64,000 nucleotides of DNA from Antedon mediterranea. Lineage: Eukaryota > Animalia > Echinodermata. Within the stretch, counting starts at the first letter, position 1. Each line of letters opens with the position of its first letter. Shown here piece after piece: positions 39,781 through 52,144 of the stretch. The position numbers and the translations under genes were made by a program. The notes below the pieces were generated by a model. That model searched no databases and was not told where the DNA came from. It saw only the letters and a program-made list of their open reading frames with translations. Location: assembly GCF_964355755.1 (NCBI RefSeq), contig NC_092677.1, positions 5,354,101 to 5,418,100 of the forward strand. The letters are read 5' to 3'.

Positions 39781-42700
39781 TTAATCATAGAACTGTCCAC
39801 AATAATGTGCTTCTCCAACCTTTCCCTTTTTAAACGTACTAGTAACAACATCACGAGGCTCATCATAAAAGACCTCAGTATTCTCAATTTCTTCTCTTTC
39901 CTCCTAAAAAGAACAACACATTGATTATTATCACAGAGTGTGAGCAAAGTTAATAATAATTGTAGGCCTACAATTGAGTTATCCTTACTTCTGATTTGAC
40001 TTGGGATTTTGCTAAATGTGTCACGAGTATCAGATCGGTAATCGTTGGTTGTACTTACTTTTGTAATGCTTACCATGTTATCAGAAATAGGTCTAACATA
40101 TCCATCGTAATCAGTGTCGTCATCATCAGAACTTGCTAAAACTTGCATACCTTGGTACTGATTTTTACGTTCGATTTCTTTTGCTTCTTCCTTCTAAAAT
40201 AAGATATTAATTAATACTAATGTAAAACTCTGTCTACACTACCGTACCAAACTAGTTTGACAAAAAAGGTGTGATATGTCCAAATATGGTAGTGATATGC
40301 CCAAACCTGTGTTTTTGCTTTTGATACACCTTTACTTGACGTAACACTACGGTCTACCGCCGTGTGGTCTGTGTGGAGTTCGTTGTAAAAATAAACGCCA
40401 GATTGAAGTGTTAGTGATTGATATTGAAGATTTTGCAATGTTGACTTTATTTTTCTTAATCGTCTTTTCTAAAGAAAAAATTAAAAACTAAACAGTTCTT
40501 TAATCTAATATATTCATGGGTAAAAGCATTTTAGTTGAAACTAACAATTTCATTATACGAAATGTTGAATAATATTGGAACAAATACTTACATAAATAAA
40601 ACGTGATGCTAACCAAGTAGGAATAGACCCAAGAATTAATGAAATGATGATAGCTACAGTTAGAACTGTACTACCAATTGAAAATGAGCCATCTAGAAAA
40701 GAAATTGTATATAAATACCAACCAGATAAGAAATAATTCGGTTGCTATGTTGTATAGGGTCAACTATTTTTGACTGTACTAAAAACAGAGTTGCGTTTAT
40801 TTTACTAGAATTCAAAACGCATTAAAATTACTAACGTTAAAATTACTAAATCACAAAATAATCGTTTAGTAATTATATATTATAATTTAATGTTTTTCAA
40901 ATTAAAATGTCAACAAATCCTGAGCATTCGTTAAGTTGTGAAATCATTGCAAAATAGTGTCTAGGCCTACAGAAAGTGCCAGTAAGTAACTAATCCCACA
41001 CACTCTAACCATGGAGAAATAAGTTATTTCTCCATGCTCTAACTAATAACAGTATTGGTAACATGAGCTTACCTTTCAAATTACATGCGTTACAGTCCTT
41101 TAATGTTGTTGTGTCATTAAACCTTTCATTCTCTGCATAACATACTAAATTTGATTGGCATATCTCATTATTAGTCCCTATAGTTACTGTTATGTCTCCT
41201 TTCTTAACTACTTTTCCATCTTGTAGTACCAATAGTGATGATGGCCTGGGATAACCCTCGGCAACACATGTCACAAAACAATCTTCTTGTTTGAATGCTG
41301 CGATGAGATCTATAATGAGTAGAGAGAAGTAATGCCTGTTTAAGAAGGAGATTACAAAATGGTTTTTGGAATTGAAAACAGTTGTAAGGAAACAATGTAA
41401 CATAAGACATGTTCTACATACAAAATATGTTTAGTTGTTTTCCGGCACTTGTTTTGGAATCCTTTCCATTAAACTGGTCACTTTCTGCCTGACATGTATA
41501 TCGGCCACTGTCTTCTATAGCGGCAGCTTCAATCTTAAGAACATATTTAGCCTTTACGTTTATCTTCTGTCCATCTTTATACCAAGTAATGTAAGGAATT
41601 GGATCTCCATCAGGTTTAATACATGTAAATGTGACTGTTTCTCCTTCGTAAATAGTTATTGGTGAAGCATAAAGAAGTGGTTGATCCAAAACTGAGAAAA
41701 GGTACAATAGCGGTAACAATTTACACAAAAGGAAGAACAACGAAATTTATAGACTATGGTCGTGCATATTACCGTGAAAGATATGTATGGGTCTACTGGT
41801 GTTTGAATTATGATTGGAGGCTAGGTTAAGAATATTTTTAAAATACTATTACTATTTAATTAAAAATAATTCGATTAATGTTAAATGAACAAATCTTTCT
41901 TTATTGCATAAGATGTTGCTCTTGGTAGCTGAAGTGAAACTAAAGTTTCAGTTTCGAATGTTACTCACAATATACCGTTAGGATGGATGGACTTGATAAT
42001 TTATTCAATCCATTAGGCGTTTGTATCTGGCATTGAAATATTCGTTGAGAATCATTTCTTAAAGGATGCGAGATCACCAGGCTAGCTTTACCAGGAGCAG
42101 TAAGTAACTTGAAGCGTCCACTTCTTACTTTGTTTTTATTCACAATTCCAGGTTTAATATTGACTCCATTTTCATCTAGTTCATCCCATTGTATTACATC
42201 AGGTGTAGATGTAACTTGTGAATAATCACAAGTTATCACCACTTCAGCATCACCTTCGTTGGCTGTCTGGTTAGATGTTGTCACCGATTGACCACATGCT
42301 TTTAAATATTAATATTAAGTTAAGAGTTTTTACATAACATGTTTTTTACATCACTGAAATATAACTGGAAGTACTTTCAGTATTTTTTGAAGTATTTTCA
42401 AATGTTGATAATGCCACTATTTTACACTAAACTAATGATCTACGACACAAATATTAAAAAGAGTACGCTACCTAAACTATAATAGCCACTTTTGAGTTTC
42501 TCGCATTCCAAAACTGAATATTAGAGATAATTCAATACAGTAAGCGGCCAGCTGAAAAATGTACTTGTTTTACTCTTAATTCATTAACTATATATTTCAA
42601 TGTTGTGTTTTAATTGTGATCCTAATTTATAGAACAAGCTCTCAGATAATTTGTAAAATTAAACATTCGTTATAGGCTTTAAATAATCTATGGTCTGTGC

Positions 42701-43033
42701 CGGGACCTACATTTCTTAAGATACTAGTTTGCATTAACGTTATAATAAATATAAGCTTCTGCTAAATTCACTTATGATGTGTTAAATATTATTTTAAGTT
42801 ATACAGTAATTTAGATAGCCCTTATTTTGGTTTACAGTATATGTTTAGAATTTATATTTATTCATGTACTATTGGATTGTATTGGAAAATTAATGCTATT
42901 ACATTATTACATTAAAATAAAATTTAAAAAAAATAAAATAAAAACATTACATTCACCAAATAAATCAACTCTTACCGACTAAAGATTGAAGACATATCCC
43001 TACAATAAATACAAGTCTCCGCTTCAAACCCAT
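39781..43033 (-). CDS. A-type Ig receptor A2 (~500 aa): SP 42976-43033, V 41969-42298, I-set 41422-41691, short Ig 41073-41309, TM 40592-40692, cytoplasmic 40307-40468, 39972-40193, 39781-39903
   Basis: Signal MGLKRRLVFIVGICLQSLV; in-frame splicing (1503 nt); tail has YQSLTLQSGVYFYNEL (ITAM), QYQGM, DDDDTDYDGYVRP, VFYDEP, HYCGQFYD*; donor at 40307 is the least certain boundary. Confidence 0.82.
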
Positions 43034-43349
43034 ACCTGAAGATAAAGTTAGTTAACATAAGTTTATTATGCCTAAATTAATTTAGACTCATCACCATTAT
43101 CTTCATCATTAGGCCTAAAAACGTAACCAACAAACTAAACTAGAAGATATCTATTTCAAGTAAGTTAGTGAACAACATAGGGTTTATCGACACATCAAGC
43201 TATGGAAAAAGAATCCATTATATCTGATGCCACAACCATTGCTCATGAACTTTTCATTGCTATCTTCAATTAGGTATCTTCATCATACTTATCTTTTAAT
43301 ATTTTCTTTTTTCTATATGTTAGGCCTATATAACTATAATATTTTAAGC

Positions 43350-43431
43350 TTCTTACCTTAATATCCTATTTGTGAAAATAGCATGCCGATGAAGTAGGCC
43401 TACTCGTTATTTTATAAGCACTTCCTGTCAA
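43350..43431 (-). promoter_or_regulatory. Putative A2 core promoter: ETS site ACAGGAAGTG, TATAAAA, non-coding exon donor
   Basis: + strand cacttcctgtcaa 43419-43431, ttttata 43410-43416, donor aggtaaga near 43351-43358; same spacing from the ATG as in A1. Confidence 0.5.
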
Positions 43432-44431
43432 TCACAAAATTAATTATTGTATAGAATATGTTTCATTTTTGATATGTTTGATTGATAATAATCATTGATT
43501 CATCGATATTATTATTTATTCTTTCTTTTTACTGGATTGTATTTTCAGTAACGTAGTATAGGCATAGCTTTTCAAAATGGTCAAGTAGGTTTAAAAAGTA
43601 GGCCTATAGGCCCTAAGTAAAGCTATAGTTAACATACATAGCATTATACAGAAAAGTTACACGACTAGTCTTACAAATTTGTTTTTGATGAAACAATACA
43701 TATACCAAATAATATATACAAAGATTAAAAGTTAAATGAAATAAGTAAAAGTTAAACGAAAGTTAAGTAGTTTTTATTTTATCACGATAATTATAATTGT
43801 TTTAGTCACTCTCAAGTTTACTTGTGTTAATTTATTATAGGCCTACTTTTGAAAAACCTCGTCCATTGGCCAAATCTGGCATACTGGCATAATTTGTCCC
43901 GTCTGACATCTAGCATTTATTATTTTAGAAAATCTGGCATAATTTGAAAAACGCAGTTCTACAGCATATTCACCACGATTTAGCTTATTATCTGGCATAT
44001 TTTCGAAAAAATCTGGCATAATTTGTACGCAATCTAGCATAATTTGACCGAAAACCTGAAGACATTTTTGTGGTATAGGCTATACATAAAACATTCACTT
44101 ACATCGCCCTCTAATACATTTTTTTTTTGGTGCTATTTTGGGCCGTAATTATTAATTTGCCATTTTGTGCTGCCACCTAGCATAATTTAATAACTTAGCA
44201 GAGTTCCTCGCGTCCAAAGAAAAAACGGCGTGTCCACGACAGGTAACTAAAATTGTTTAATGCATTTCCCCACAATTTGCATATTAGGCCTAGTGTACTG
44301 TTTTCTAATCAGTGGGTTAATTTGTATAGCGCCATCGTGCGGGTCTTTTTGGACAGATGAGAACGTGATAATTAATTGTTTGTTTAGAGGACATATTAAT
44401 AAACCAAAGTTGTTATGTTGAATTTGAGCTA

Positions 44432-47400
44432 TGTCGTGTATCGTCGTAGACAAATTAATAAGTACGTTGAGATGAGTATAATAATGAACGTATTTAATGA
44501 AACCAACTAGTAGTCATGAACAATAGTATAGAACGTTTTGTAGGCTAACCTCGTCAGAGCATATGCGCAGTACGCATATATATATGTGCGCGTGCATATA
44601 CTACACTCCTCCTTTCTTATTTTAACGTTAACATTATATCAATAAGCACAATAAACTTTCGTTAATTATTTTGTTAATCAAATAGGTTAATCATCGTGAT
44701 TAAATTACTGCTTCTATAGTTCCAGATAGTTCTTATTTGGTTCCTCATAATAATTAACAAATGTGAGTAATTCTCACCATTATAATTTTGTGTAAAAACA
44801 TGAACAACATAACTTTAACGTTCATAATAATAACATTGTTCACAAGTTCTATATCTCTTCGATAAGTCGTGTTGGCTTCCTTCGAAGTCGCGTGGAGCGT
44901 CGTGGAATAACCTCAGGCGATGAAGACAATCTATGTTCCTCTTCAACCGGTTGGTTGGTGGATGTTTGCTCTTTGTTCGCAATCGTTTCGCTCGCAATCG
45001 TTATTGGTACTGTCTGTTTAATCTTGTGTTCCAACTCGCTATGTGAAGTAGGGGTTTTACTCGCGTAAGCGTCCGCGTCTGTCGCTTTCAACTGGTCAAT
45101 GTGTCTTTTCCACACTCGGCCATCCTCAACACTAATTACGTATGATTTTGGAGCGGTACGTTCTATCACGGTACCTGGCCACCACTTTCCCTCTTGTCGG
45201 AAATCTTTCACTAATACCATTTCACCTGGGTAAAATTCTCGTAGATCTTTCGTTTTGTCGTGATGAAGCTTCTGATCACTCTGCTTGTTAAGTACCTTGT
45301 TTTCTGTACTGGGATGTAAAAGTGATACTCGCGTTCTCAACTCACGGCCCATGAATAACTTCGCTGGCGTTTGTCCCGTAGTTGCGTGTTTTGTTGTGCG
45401 ATACGATAAAAGAAATCTGTCCAAACATTGTTGGAAATCCTTCCCATTAGCTCGGCTTGCCGCTAACGATCTTTTGAAAGATTGAACCATTCGTTCTGCT
45501 GCTCCGTTGCTTGCGGCGTGATAAGGTGCAACCTTTACATGTTTCACCCCGTTTTGCTTTAAGAAGAATTCAAATTCGTCGCTAACAAATTGAGGTCCAT
45601 TATCGCTTACAAGTTGAACAGGCAATCCGTATCTACTGAACAACTCTCTCATCGCTTTGATGGTCGCTGCACTCGTCGTACTGTTCATCTGAACGACTTC
45701 TGGCCATTTCGAATATGAGTCAACCACTACTAGATAATCTCGTTTATCTTTCTGCGCATAGTCAATATGTATTCGTGTCCAAGGCTGATTTGGCCAGATC
45801 CAGGGCATCATTGGTGCTACGCTTGGTCGACTTCGTGTTTGGTGACATGCTTGACATTGCTTCACCAATCGTTCAATGTCGGAATCTATCTGGGGCCACC
45901 AGACATGACTTCGCGCAATCTCTTTCATACGCACGATTCTGGGGTGAGCACAATGAAGCTCCTCCAGAACTGCCCCTCTGAGTTTCGGTGGAATCACTAC
46001 CCTGTATCCCCACAGCAAACAGTCCTGTTCTACACTCAATTCGTCTCTTCGGTGTAGGAATGGTTTTAGATCGTCGTCGTTTTCTGACTGCCATAAACCT
46101 GTCTGTACCATGTATAACACTTTGCTCAATAGCGGGTCTTTCCTGGTATGCTGTTGTACGTTCGTACTCGTGACTGGCAAATTGTCTAATGTATGCCCCG
46201 CTATGTTATATACTGCATCGTCTTCCCGTCCTTCGTATGGCATTGGGAGACGTGAGAGTGCGTCGGCAATTACGTTCTGTTTTCCAGGAATGAACTTTAA
46301 ATCGTATTCGAACGCTGACAGCACGATTGCCCATCGCTGTAATCTCTGTGCGGCCAGTGTCGGAATAGCTGATTTAGGTCCTAGAATGCGTTCGAGTGGC
46401 TTATGATCAGTTCTTATCGTGAATTTCCGTCCGTATAAGTATGTTCTAAACCTTTGAAGTCCAAACATGATGCTTAGGGCTTCCTTGTCTAGTTGTGCAT
46501 AACCCTTTTCGTGTTTATGCAGGCTTCGCGATGCGTACGCGATCGGTGTTTTGATATTGTTCTCGTTTACGTGGCAAATGACTGCGCCAACTCCGTATAG
46601 TGATGCGTCCGTGTATAGTTCCAGTGGTTTTAATGGGTCATAATGCGTCAACATCATGTCTTCGCTAATAATTCGCTTTACCGCGTTAAACGCTTTACTA
46701 CAGTCGACAGTCCATGACCATGGTTTGCTTCCCAACAGCTCATTCAAAGGATGTATCATCGTCGATAATCGTGGAATAAATGACGCGTGATAGTTAACTA
46801 GTCCTAGCCAGGATCTCAGTTCTGTTGCATTCTGTGGTGCTCGTGCATCCTTGATGGCTTTCACTTTATCGTTTGTCGGTTGAATTCCTGCTGCTGATAG
46901 CTTACGTCCCATGTAGACTACTTCCTTTTGTACAAACGCGCATTTCTCAGCTTTCACTCTGAGACCATGCTTGTTAAATCTCTCAAATAGTTTCTCAAGA
47001 TTACTAATATGCTCTTTATCAGACGCACCTGTAACAAGAACATCGTCCATGATCGCACATGTTCCTTTAAGTCCTGCTATCACCTGTTCTATGAATCGCT
47101 GCCATATGGCTGGACTGGACGAAATACCAAACGGTAACCTCGTGTATCGATATAATCCGCGGTGCGTGTTGATCGTTACCAACTCTTGCGCCTCGTCTTC
47201 CAGTACTAACTGCTGGTACGCACATTTCAAATCAATCTTAGAGAATCGCTTTCCACCTCCCAACTTGGTGAAAACTTCCTCTGGGGTCGGAATTGGATAT
47301 TGGTCGCAATTTAAACTCGGGTTGACTGTTACTTTATAATCTCCGCAGACACGTACCCTGCCATCGGCCTTTGGAATACATACCAATGGGGTTGCCCACT

Positions 47401-48758
47401 GACTAAAGTCTACCGGATAAATAACTCCTTCGTTTTGCATTCTGTCTAACTCTACCTCAACTGCGGAGCGTAGCGCAAATGGAACATTTCGAGCTTTGCA
47501 GAATTTTGGGATTGCGTTCACTTTTAGATGTAATGTCGCTTTGTGTCCCTGAACCGTACCTAATTCCGTTCGGAAAACTTCTGGGAACTTCCGTTTGAAT
47601 GACTGACCGACATCGTTATCTATTTCTACCGAATTCTGAGCAAGCGATGGTGGAAATAATGACTTCCAGTCCAACTTAATCACTTCTAACCAGGTTCTTC
47701 CAAGCAAGGGTGGTGAGTTTCGTCGCTGTGTCCTCACTACTATCAGTGTGAGAACGTTACTCTGGCCCCTATAGTTCACGGTGACTTTAATTTCTCCTGC
47801 TATATCGAGCTTAGTACCTGTGTATGCGTGAAGTGTACGTTTTACTGACTTTAATGGTAGATGGCTAAGCTTGCTTTCGTAATCGTCAAAGCTAATTATC
47901 GATACTGCTGCGCCCGTATCTACTTCAAAATCAATATCTATATCATCAACTCGCATCTGTACCGTTATTGGTGGTACCGAATTGTCCTGCTTAATGCCTA
48001 CGCAAAACATTGTATCTACAAAATCGTCATTACCTTCGTCGTAATCCGGTGCTTCTACTTGCTTGATGGATTTAGGTTTATATTGTTTTGTTGATTTACT
48101 CGACTGCCTGCATTCTGATTTTAGGTGTCCTTGTTTGTTGCATTTAAAGCATGTAGCGTTTTTGTATTTACACGTATCTCTTGTATGATTGTTCATACCA
48201 CAGCGGTCACATTTCTGCGTTCGTGTTTGTTTTGACGCTTGATACGTTTTCGTAGACTTCCTGCTGTTAGACGTAACGTGGTTGATTGGCTTGTCCACAT
48301 CGTGCGACATACTTTTCATATTCGCTGTTGCTGCCTCCGAGGCTATGGCTATGTCTCCATCCTGGACGTTGAATTCCTCGAATAGAATTCTGGTATTAGC
48401 CGCTGCCATTACCGCGCTTCGCTCTGTACGTTCAGGGCGCTCAGAATCGTTATTAGCCTGTGCGGTTCCTTGGTTACGGTTGCCGTTGTTGGAAAATCAA
48501 AAACTGCTAGCCTAGGCCTAGTTTTATAATATTATTATACTTCCGTTTCTCTCTATGTAAATGTGCCTGTATCCTCGTCGCCAGTGTCGTGTATCGTCGT
48601 AGACAAATTAATAAGTACGTTGAGATGAGTATAATAATGAACGTATTTAATGAAACCAACTAGTAGTCATGAACAATAGTATAGAACGTTTTGTAGGCTA
48701 ACCTCGTCAGAGCATATGCGCAGTACGCATATATATATGTGCGCGTGCATATACTACA
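44432..48758 (-). mobile_element. Ty3/Gypsy (Mag-like) LTR retrotransposon, recent insertion
   Basis: 174-bp LTRs 44432-44605 and 48585-48758 (TG..CA, identical by eye); 5-bp TSD AGCTA; PBS TGGCGACGAGGAT (matches the tRNA-Ser 3' end); PPT AAGAAAGGAGGAG. Confidence 0.96.
44849..48409 (-). CDS. Gag-Pol polyprotein (two CCHC knuckles, aspartic protease, RT, RNase H, integrase) with a very short gag
   Basis: CDRCGMNNHTRDTC, CFKCNKQGHLKSEC, VDTGA, RLPFGISSSP..IMDD, YTDAS, HCAH..CQAC, SDNGPQF, SNGAAERMVQ. Confidence 0.95.
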   Translation of the reverse strand: MAAANTRILFEEFNVQDGDIAIASEAATANMKSMSHDVDKPINHVTSNSRKSTKTYQASKQTRTQKCDRCGMNNHTRDTCKYKNATCFKCNKQGHLKSECRQSSKSTKQYKPKSIKQVEAPDYDEGNDDFVDTMFCVGIKQDNSVPPITVQMRVDDIDIDFEVDTGAAVSIISFDDYESKLSHLPLKSVKRTLHAYTGTKLDIAGEIKVTVNYRGQSNVLTLIVVRTQRRNSPPLLGRTWLEVIKLDWKSLFPPSLAQNSVEIDNDVGQSFKRKFPEVFRTELGTVQGHKATLHLKVNAIPKFCKARNVPFALRSAVEVELDRMQNEGVIYPVDFSQWATPLVCIPKADGRVRVCGDYKVTVNPSLNCDQYPIPTPEEVFTKLGGGKRFSKIDLKCAYQQLVLEDEAQELVTINTHRGLYRYTRLPFGISSSPAIWQRFIEQVIAGLKGTCAIMDDVLVTGASDKEHISNLEKLFERFNKHGLRVKAEKCAFVQKEVVYMGRKLSAAGIQPTNDKVKAIKDARAPQNATELRSWLGLVNYHASFIPRLSTMIHPLNELLGSKPWSWTVDCSKAFNAVKRIISEDMMLTHYDPLKPLELYTDASLYGVGAVICHVNENNIKTPIAYASRSLHKHEKGYAQLDKEALSIMFGLQRFRTYLYGRKFTIRTDHKPLERILGPKSAIPTLAAQRLQRWAIVLSAFEYDLKFIPGKQNVIADALSRLPMPYEGREDDAVYNIAGHTLDNLPVTSTNVQQHTRKDPLLSKVLYMVQTGLWQSENDDDLKPFLHRRDELSVEQDCLLWGYRVVIPPKLRGAVLEELHCAHPRIVRMKEIARSHVWWPQIDSDIERLVKQCQACHQTRSRPSVAPMMPWIWPNQPWTRIHIDYAQKDKRDYLVVVDSYSKWPEVVQMNSTTSAATIKAMRELFSRYGLPVQLVSDNGPQFVSDEFEFFLKQNGVKHVKVAPYHAASNGAAERMVQSFKRSLAASRANGKDFQQCLDRFLLSYRTTKHATTGQTPAKLFMGRELRTRVSLLHPSTENKVLNKQSDQKLHHDKTKDLREFYPGEMVLVKDFRQEGKWWPGTVIERTAPKSYVISVEDGRVWKRHIDQLKATDADAYASKTPTSHSELEHKIKQTVPITIASETIANKEQTSTNQPVEEEHRLSSSPEVIPRRSTRLRRKPTRLIEEI

Positions 48759-48928
48759 AGCTACGATACCGGAACCGGTAATGCTTTGTTATAGATGTTT
48801 TTAGCTTTAGTTATGATACATTTAATATTCGTGACTCCTTCTTGCTTAGTCAGATTGGAATTATTTATAAGGCGAGGTTGTTTAGACTCGTCGCTTAGAG
48901 CACGGAGGGTTGGAGAGTGGCATGCATG

Positions 48929-50512
48929 CAGGGGCTCAGCCAGCAAAGAATTAAAGGGGGGGGGGGGGTCAACCAATATGTGAGTATTTTGCGAGCGAAG
49001 CGAGAAACCATGGGCTGGGGGGACAGGGGGCCGCCAAGGGCCCCCGGTTGGGGTCCAGGGGGCGAAGCCTCCTGGAAGCTTTGGCGGTCTAGGGCAATCT
49101 AGATCATTTGAATCGGTTTACGCACACACAAATATGACTAATAAACTGAAACAAAGAAAACAAAAAACAACTCTCATTTTCATTACAGAACATTTTTATA
49201 TTCCAGGCTGCCACAGACAAACACTTTTTTTCTTGCTTGTTTGTTGATTTGTGTAGAGAGGCTGTAAACTCAGAGGAGGAATTATTTGAATTCCTCCCTT
49301 TTCACCAATACAAAAGTTGCATGAAATAAACGTAGAGATGCAAAAGTTTGAAAAAAGAAATTAGAATGATAGCATGGAGGGAGTGATATTATTAAATGAG
49401 AACCGTAAGGTTAGAGTTCATACACTGTGCAAGTCCAAGAAGCTATCTTGGCTCCATGTGTATGTGAGACGCTTATCATACCCAGTACATACAATATTTT
49501 GTTTAAAAATATACCTATTTTGTTCGAATGTATAGTATAGGTGATAGCTTATTTTATTTTATTTTATTTTATTCAATCAAAACCAACAGCGATAAATACC
49601 GCCACTAACAGGTTTGAAACATAAAACAATACAACATCAAAAACGGTTAACAATAAAATACAGATAAAATATATATATATATATATAAAACATAGATTGG
49701 CATGCCATAAACAATTTCAATTAAAACAGGTTATGCAGGCTGTTCAAGAAGTGAACACATCATCGTCCTCTTAAAATAACCAAGTCTATCATTAAAAATA
49801 TCGATATAGTAATACATAATTGTAATAACTAACTTCTAAATTATTATCATACATTTTACGTTAGTTACTATAACGGCGCTCTTGACATCGCGTGATGCAT
49901 CTTTAAACATAAGTTTGGAACATTCTTCTTGGCTTGGAGACAGAATTCGCGAATGACATTCTCTGTATTAATGTTCATGTTAAAGTGTATGTTCATGAGG
50001 CACAATCCCGAAAGCTGCTCATAAGACATGTGATTTCCCAAACAGGTTTTCGTTCTCCATAAAGTCGAAAAACTCCGCTCAGCTTCAGCAGACGTTACGG
50101 GCATAGGCAAATGCGATTAGAAGAAGTGCACGCACAGATCGGGAACACATCTGGATCCGCTAATTTTACACAGTCGCTTCCATCACTGAAGCTCGGAATG
50201 AAGATGTTCGTGTCTTGGCAGATCATCGTACCAAATTCAAGTTCCTTGAAGACTTCTTCAACATTACACTTCACTATAGACTCGGGTGCTACGCCAAATA
50301 TTTTAAAGCATGGCCTGTTATCGGCAGAAAAACGGGTTTTTAACTTGGTTTGTAATCAAGAAGTTGATTTGGTAATACTGCTCGGTAGTAATCTTCCACA
50401 GTATCTCCAGGATGATTTGATCTGTATTGTTGTCTCATGTTTTTATTTATTTTTTCTAAAAAAAAAGGGGGGGGTCAGGACCCCCGTGACCCCCCCACTG
50501 GCTGCACCCCTG
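48929..50512 (-). mobile_element. Internally deleted hAT DNA transposon (hAT5-like, 5-bp TSD)
   Basis: TIR CAGGGGCTCAGCCAG / CTGGCTGCACCCCTG; GCATG on both flanks; remnant PVTSAEAERSFSTLWRTKTCL...LSGLCLMNIH matches the hAT C-terminal dimerisation domain. Confidence 0.8.
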
Positions 50513-50611
50513 GCATGGCCGGAGCATGTTGTCATAGGTGTCGCTGTTCTGTGGAGCTAATTAATAAGCTATGCTAGTTAATATACCCTCAGTTTGTTTG
50601 TTTACATTGTT

Positions 50612-52144
50612 TATTAGTTATCCGCTTAGTAGCGGATAACTCCTTGTAATCGTCCTGTTTCATCATATTTTTTTTTCTGTATATACTTCTTTCCTTCTGT
50701 CATTTTTGTGCGTCGCGTTTCTCTAAATCGTGTAAACAGAACATATCGTAACTTTGTCAACATTTACGTGAACTTGTGCACCTCCTATTTTTGAATGACG
50801 TCAGAGTTGCGCAACGTGACTTACGCGCGATTTTATGAATTTCAATGATTGATCATAGACTAAAAACCAAACAATTTTGTTTTGACACTTTGTGAAAATT
50901 ATCAAGCGCAAACTTTCTATGGATTAAAAATAGCACGCGCGTTTAAAATTTTAGTATACGAAAAATCAACTTCTATCTAATCAACTTTCTATGCGTTTCA
51001 TGTCATTTTGAGCATGTCAAAAATTCCCATGCGCGCGAAACTTTTTACGCACGTGGTGCACACGTAGTGTTAAAAACATATTTTTTTCGCGTGATTTATG
51101 TTTTTTCAGCCTTTTCTAGTAATGTTACCAACTTTTAAACAATTTCGACTTAAAATTACGTCATACGAGCACGTCGAATTAGATAATTTGAACGCGTTTT
51201 TGGTGAAAAAGTTCAAAAATTCGTCAAAATTATGCCTATTTTTAAACAGTCATAGATTCTAAACTACATGGAGAACTTTTTTTTAATTACATATTCTGGA
51301 AGTTGATGAGTTGTAGATATCGGATCATGCATTAATATGGCTAACCGGACATTGTGACGTCATCGTATGGCCACGCAAATATAAAATATAGGATTTTTGT
51401 CTCTTTCGACATAGCTCATCACATTTAATAGAGCGCATCTCCACTTATTCGTTGTCCATTTTCACCCCGATTTTAATATATTCTAGGTCAATCAACTATC
51501 TTTTGCATGAATTAAACATTTTTTCATTTTTTTAACGTCATCATGCCTAAAAATTTTAATTACCTTGGTCATTAATTTCATCTTTACAGTAAATTTTAAT
51601 CTGTTATACCTCGTAAGAATAAAATGTGATAATCACGATTAAAACGTTTTCAGGAAGCTATTGTATTGCAGATACAAAATCATGTGTAAATTGTGCCAAT
51701 CGAATGTTGTGACGTCATCATATGGCCAGTGGTATTTTCATCTTTTGCATTATATTTCATTACATTTAAAAGAGCGCGCATCAATATTTCACGTATTCAA
51801 ATTTCTTCTACACGTTAATATGTTGTTGCTGAGATAATTTCATTCTGAAATTTCTACTTTTGCATTTCATTTTGAAACCGTCAAGATGTTAAAAATTACA
51901 ATAAAATACGGGTCCCGTAAATTCACCTATTTTACACTGTTTGTGATATGTATACAGATTCCACTGTGTATACTATACATGACACAAAATAACAGAATTC
52001 AGAAATAACAACATATCATATTCTTCAGTTCAGGTCATAATGCCTTAATATTTTTCTGTGTGCAATATTCTAACGTATGACGTGCACGTGGCGTTTGTCG
52101 AGCGGATAACTAACTCGTCAAAGTGACGAGTTTCATGTCTAGTT
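50612..52144 (+). mobile_element. HINE/Helentron-associated non-autonomous element
   Basis: 5' AGTTATCCGCT..AGCGGATAACT hairpin, subterminal AGCGGATAACT at ~52101, 3' hairpin ACTCGTCAAAGTGACGAGT, end CTAGTT. Confidence 0.7.

Noticed and set aside
39747-40148. 133-aa ORF with a hydrophobic C-terminal half
   Set aside because: Only the first part is an A2 exon; the rest reads through an intron and crosses the terminal exon out of frame
47040-47060. RT catalytic motif IMDD instead of YxDD
   Set aside because: Both aspartates are intact and the first position varies among Gypsy lineages; not enough to claim novelty
45285-48515. Several + strand ORFs inside the retrotransposon
   Set aside because: Antisense shadows of the gag-pol ORF with no recognisable motifs
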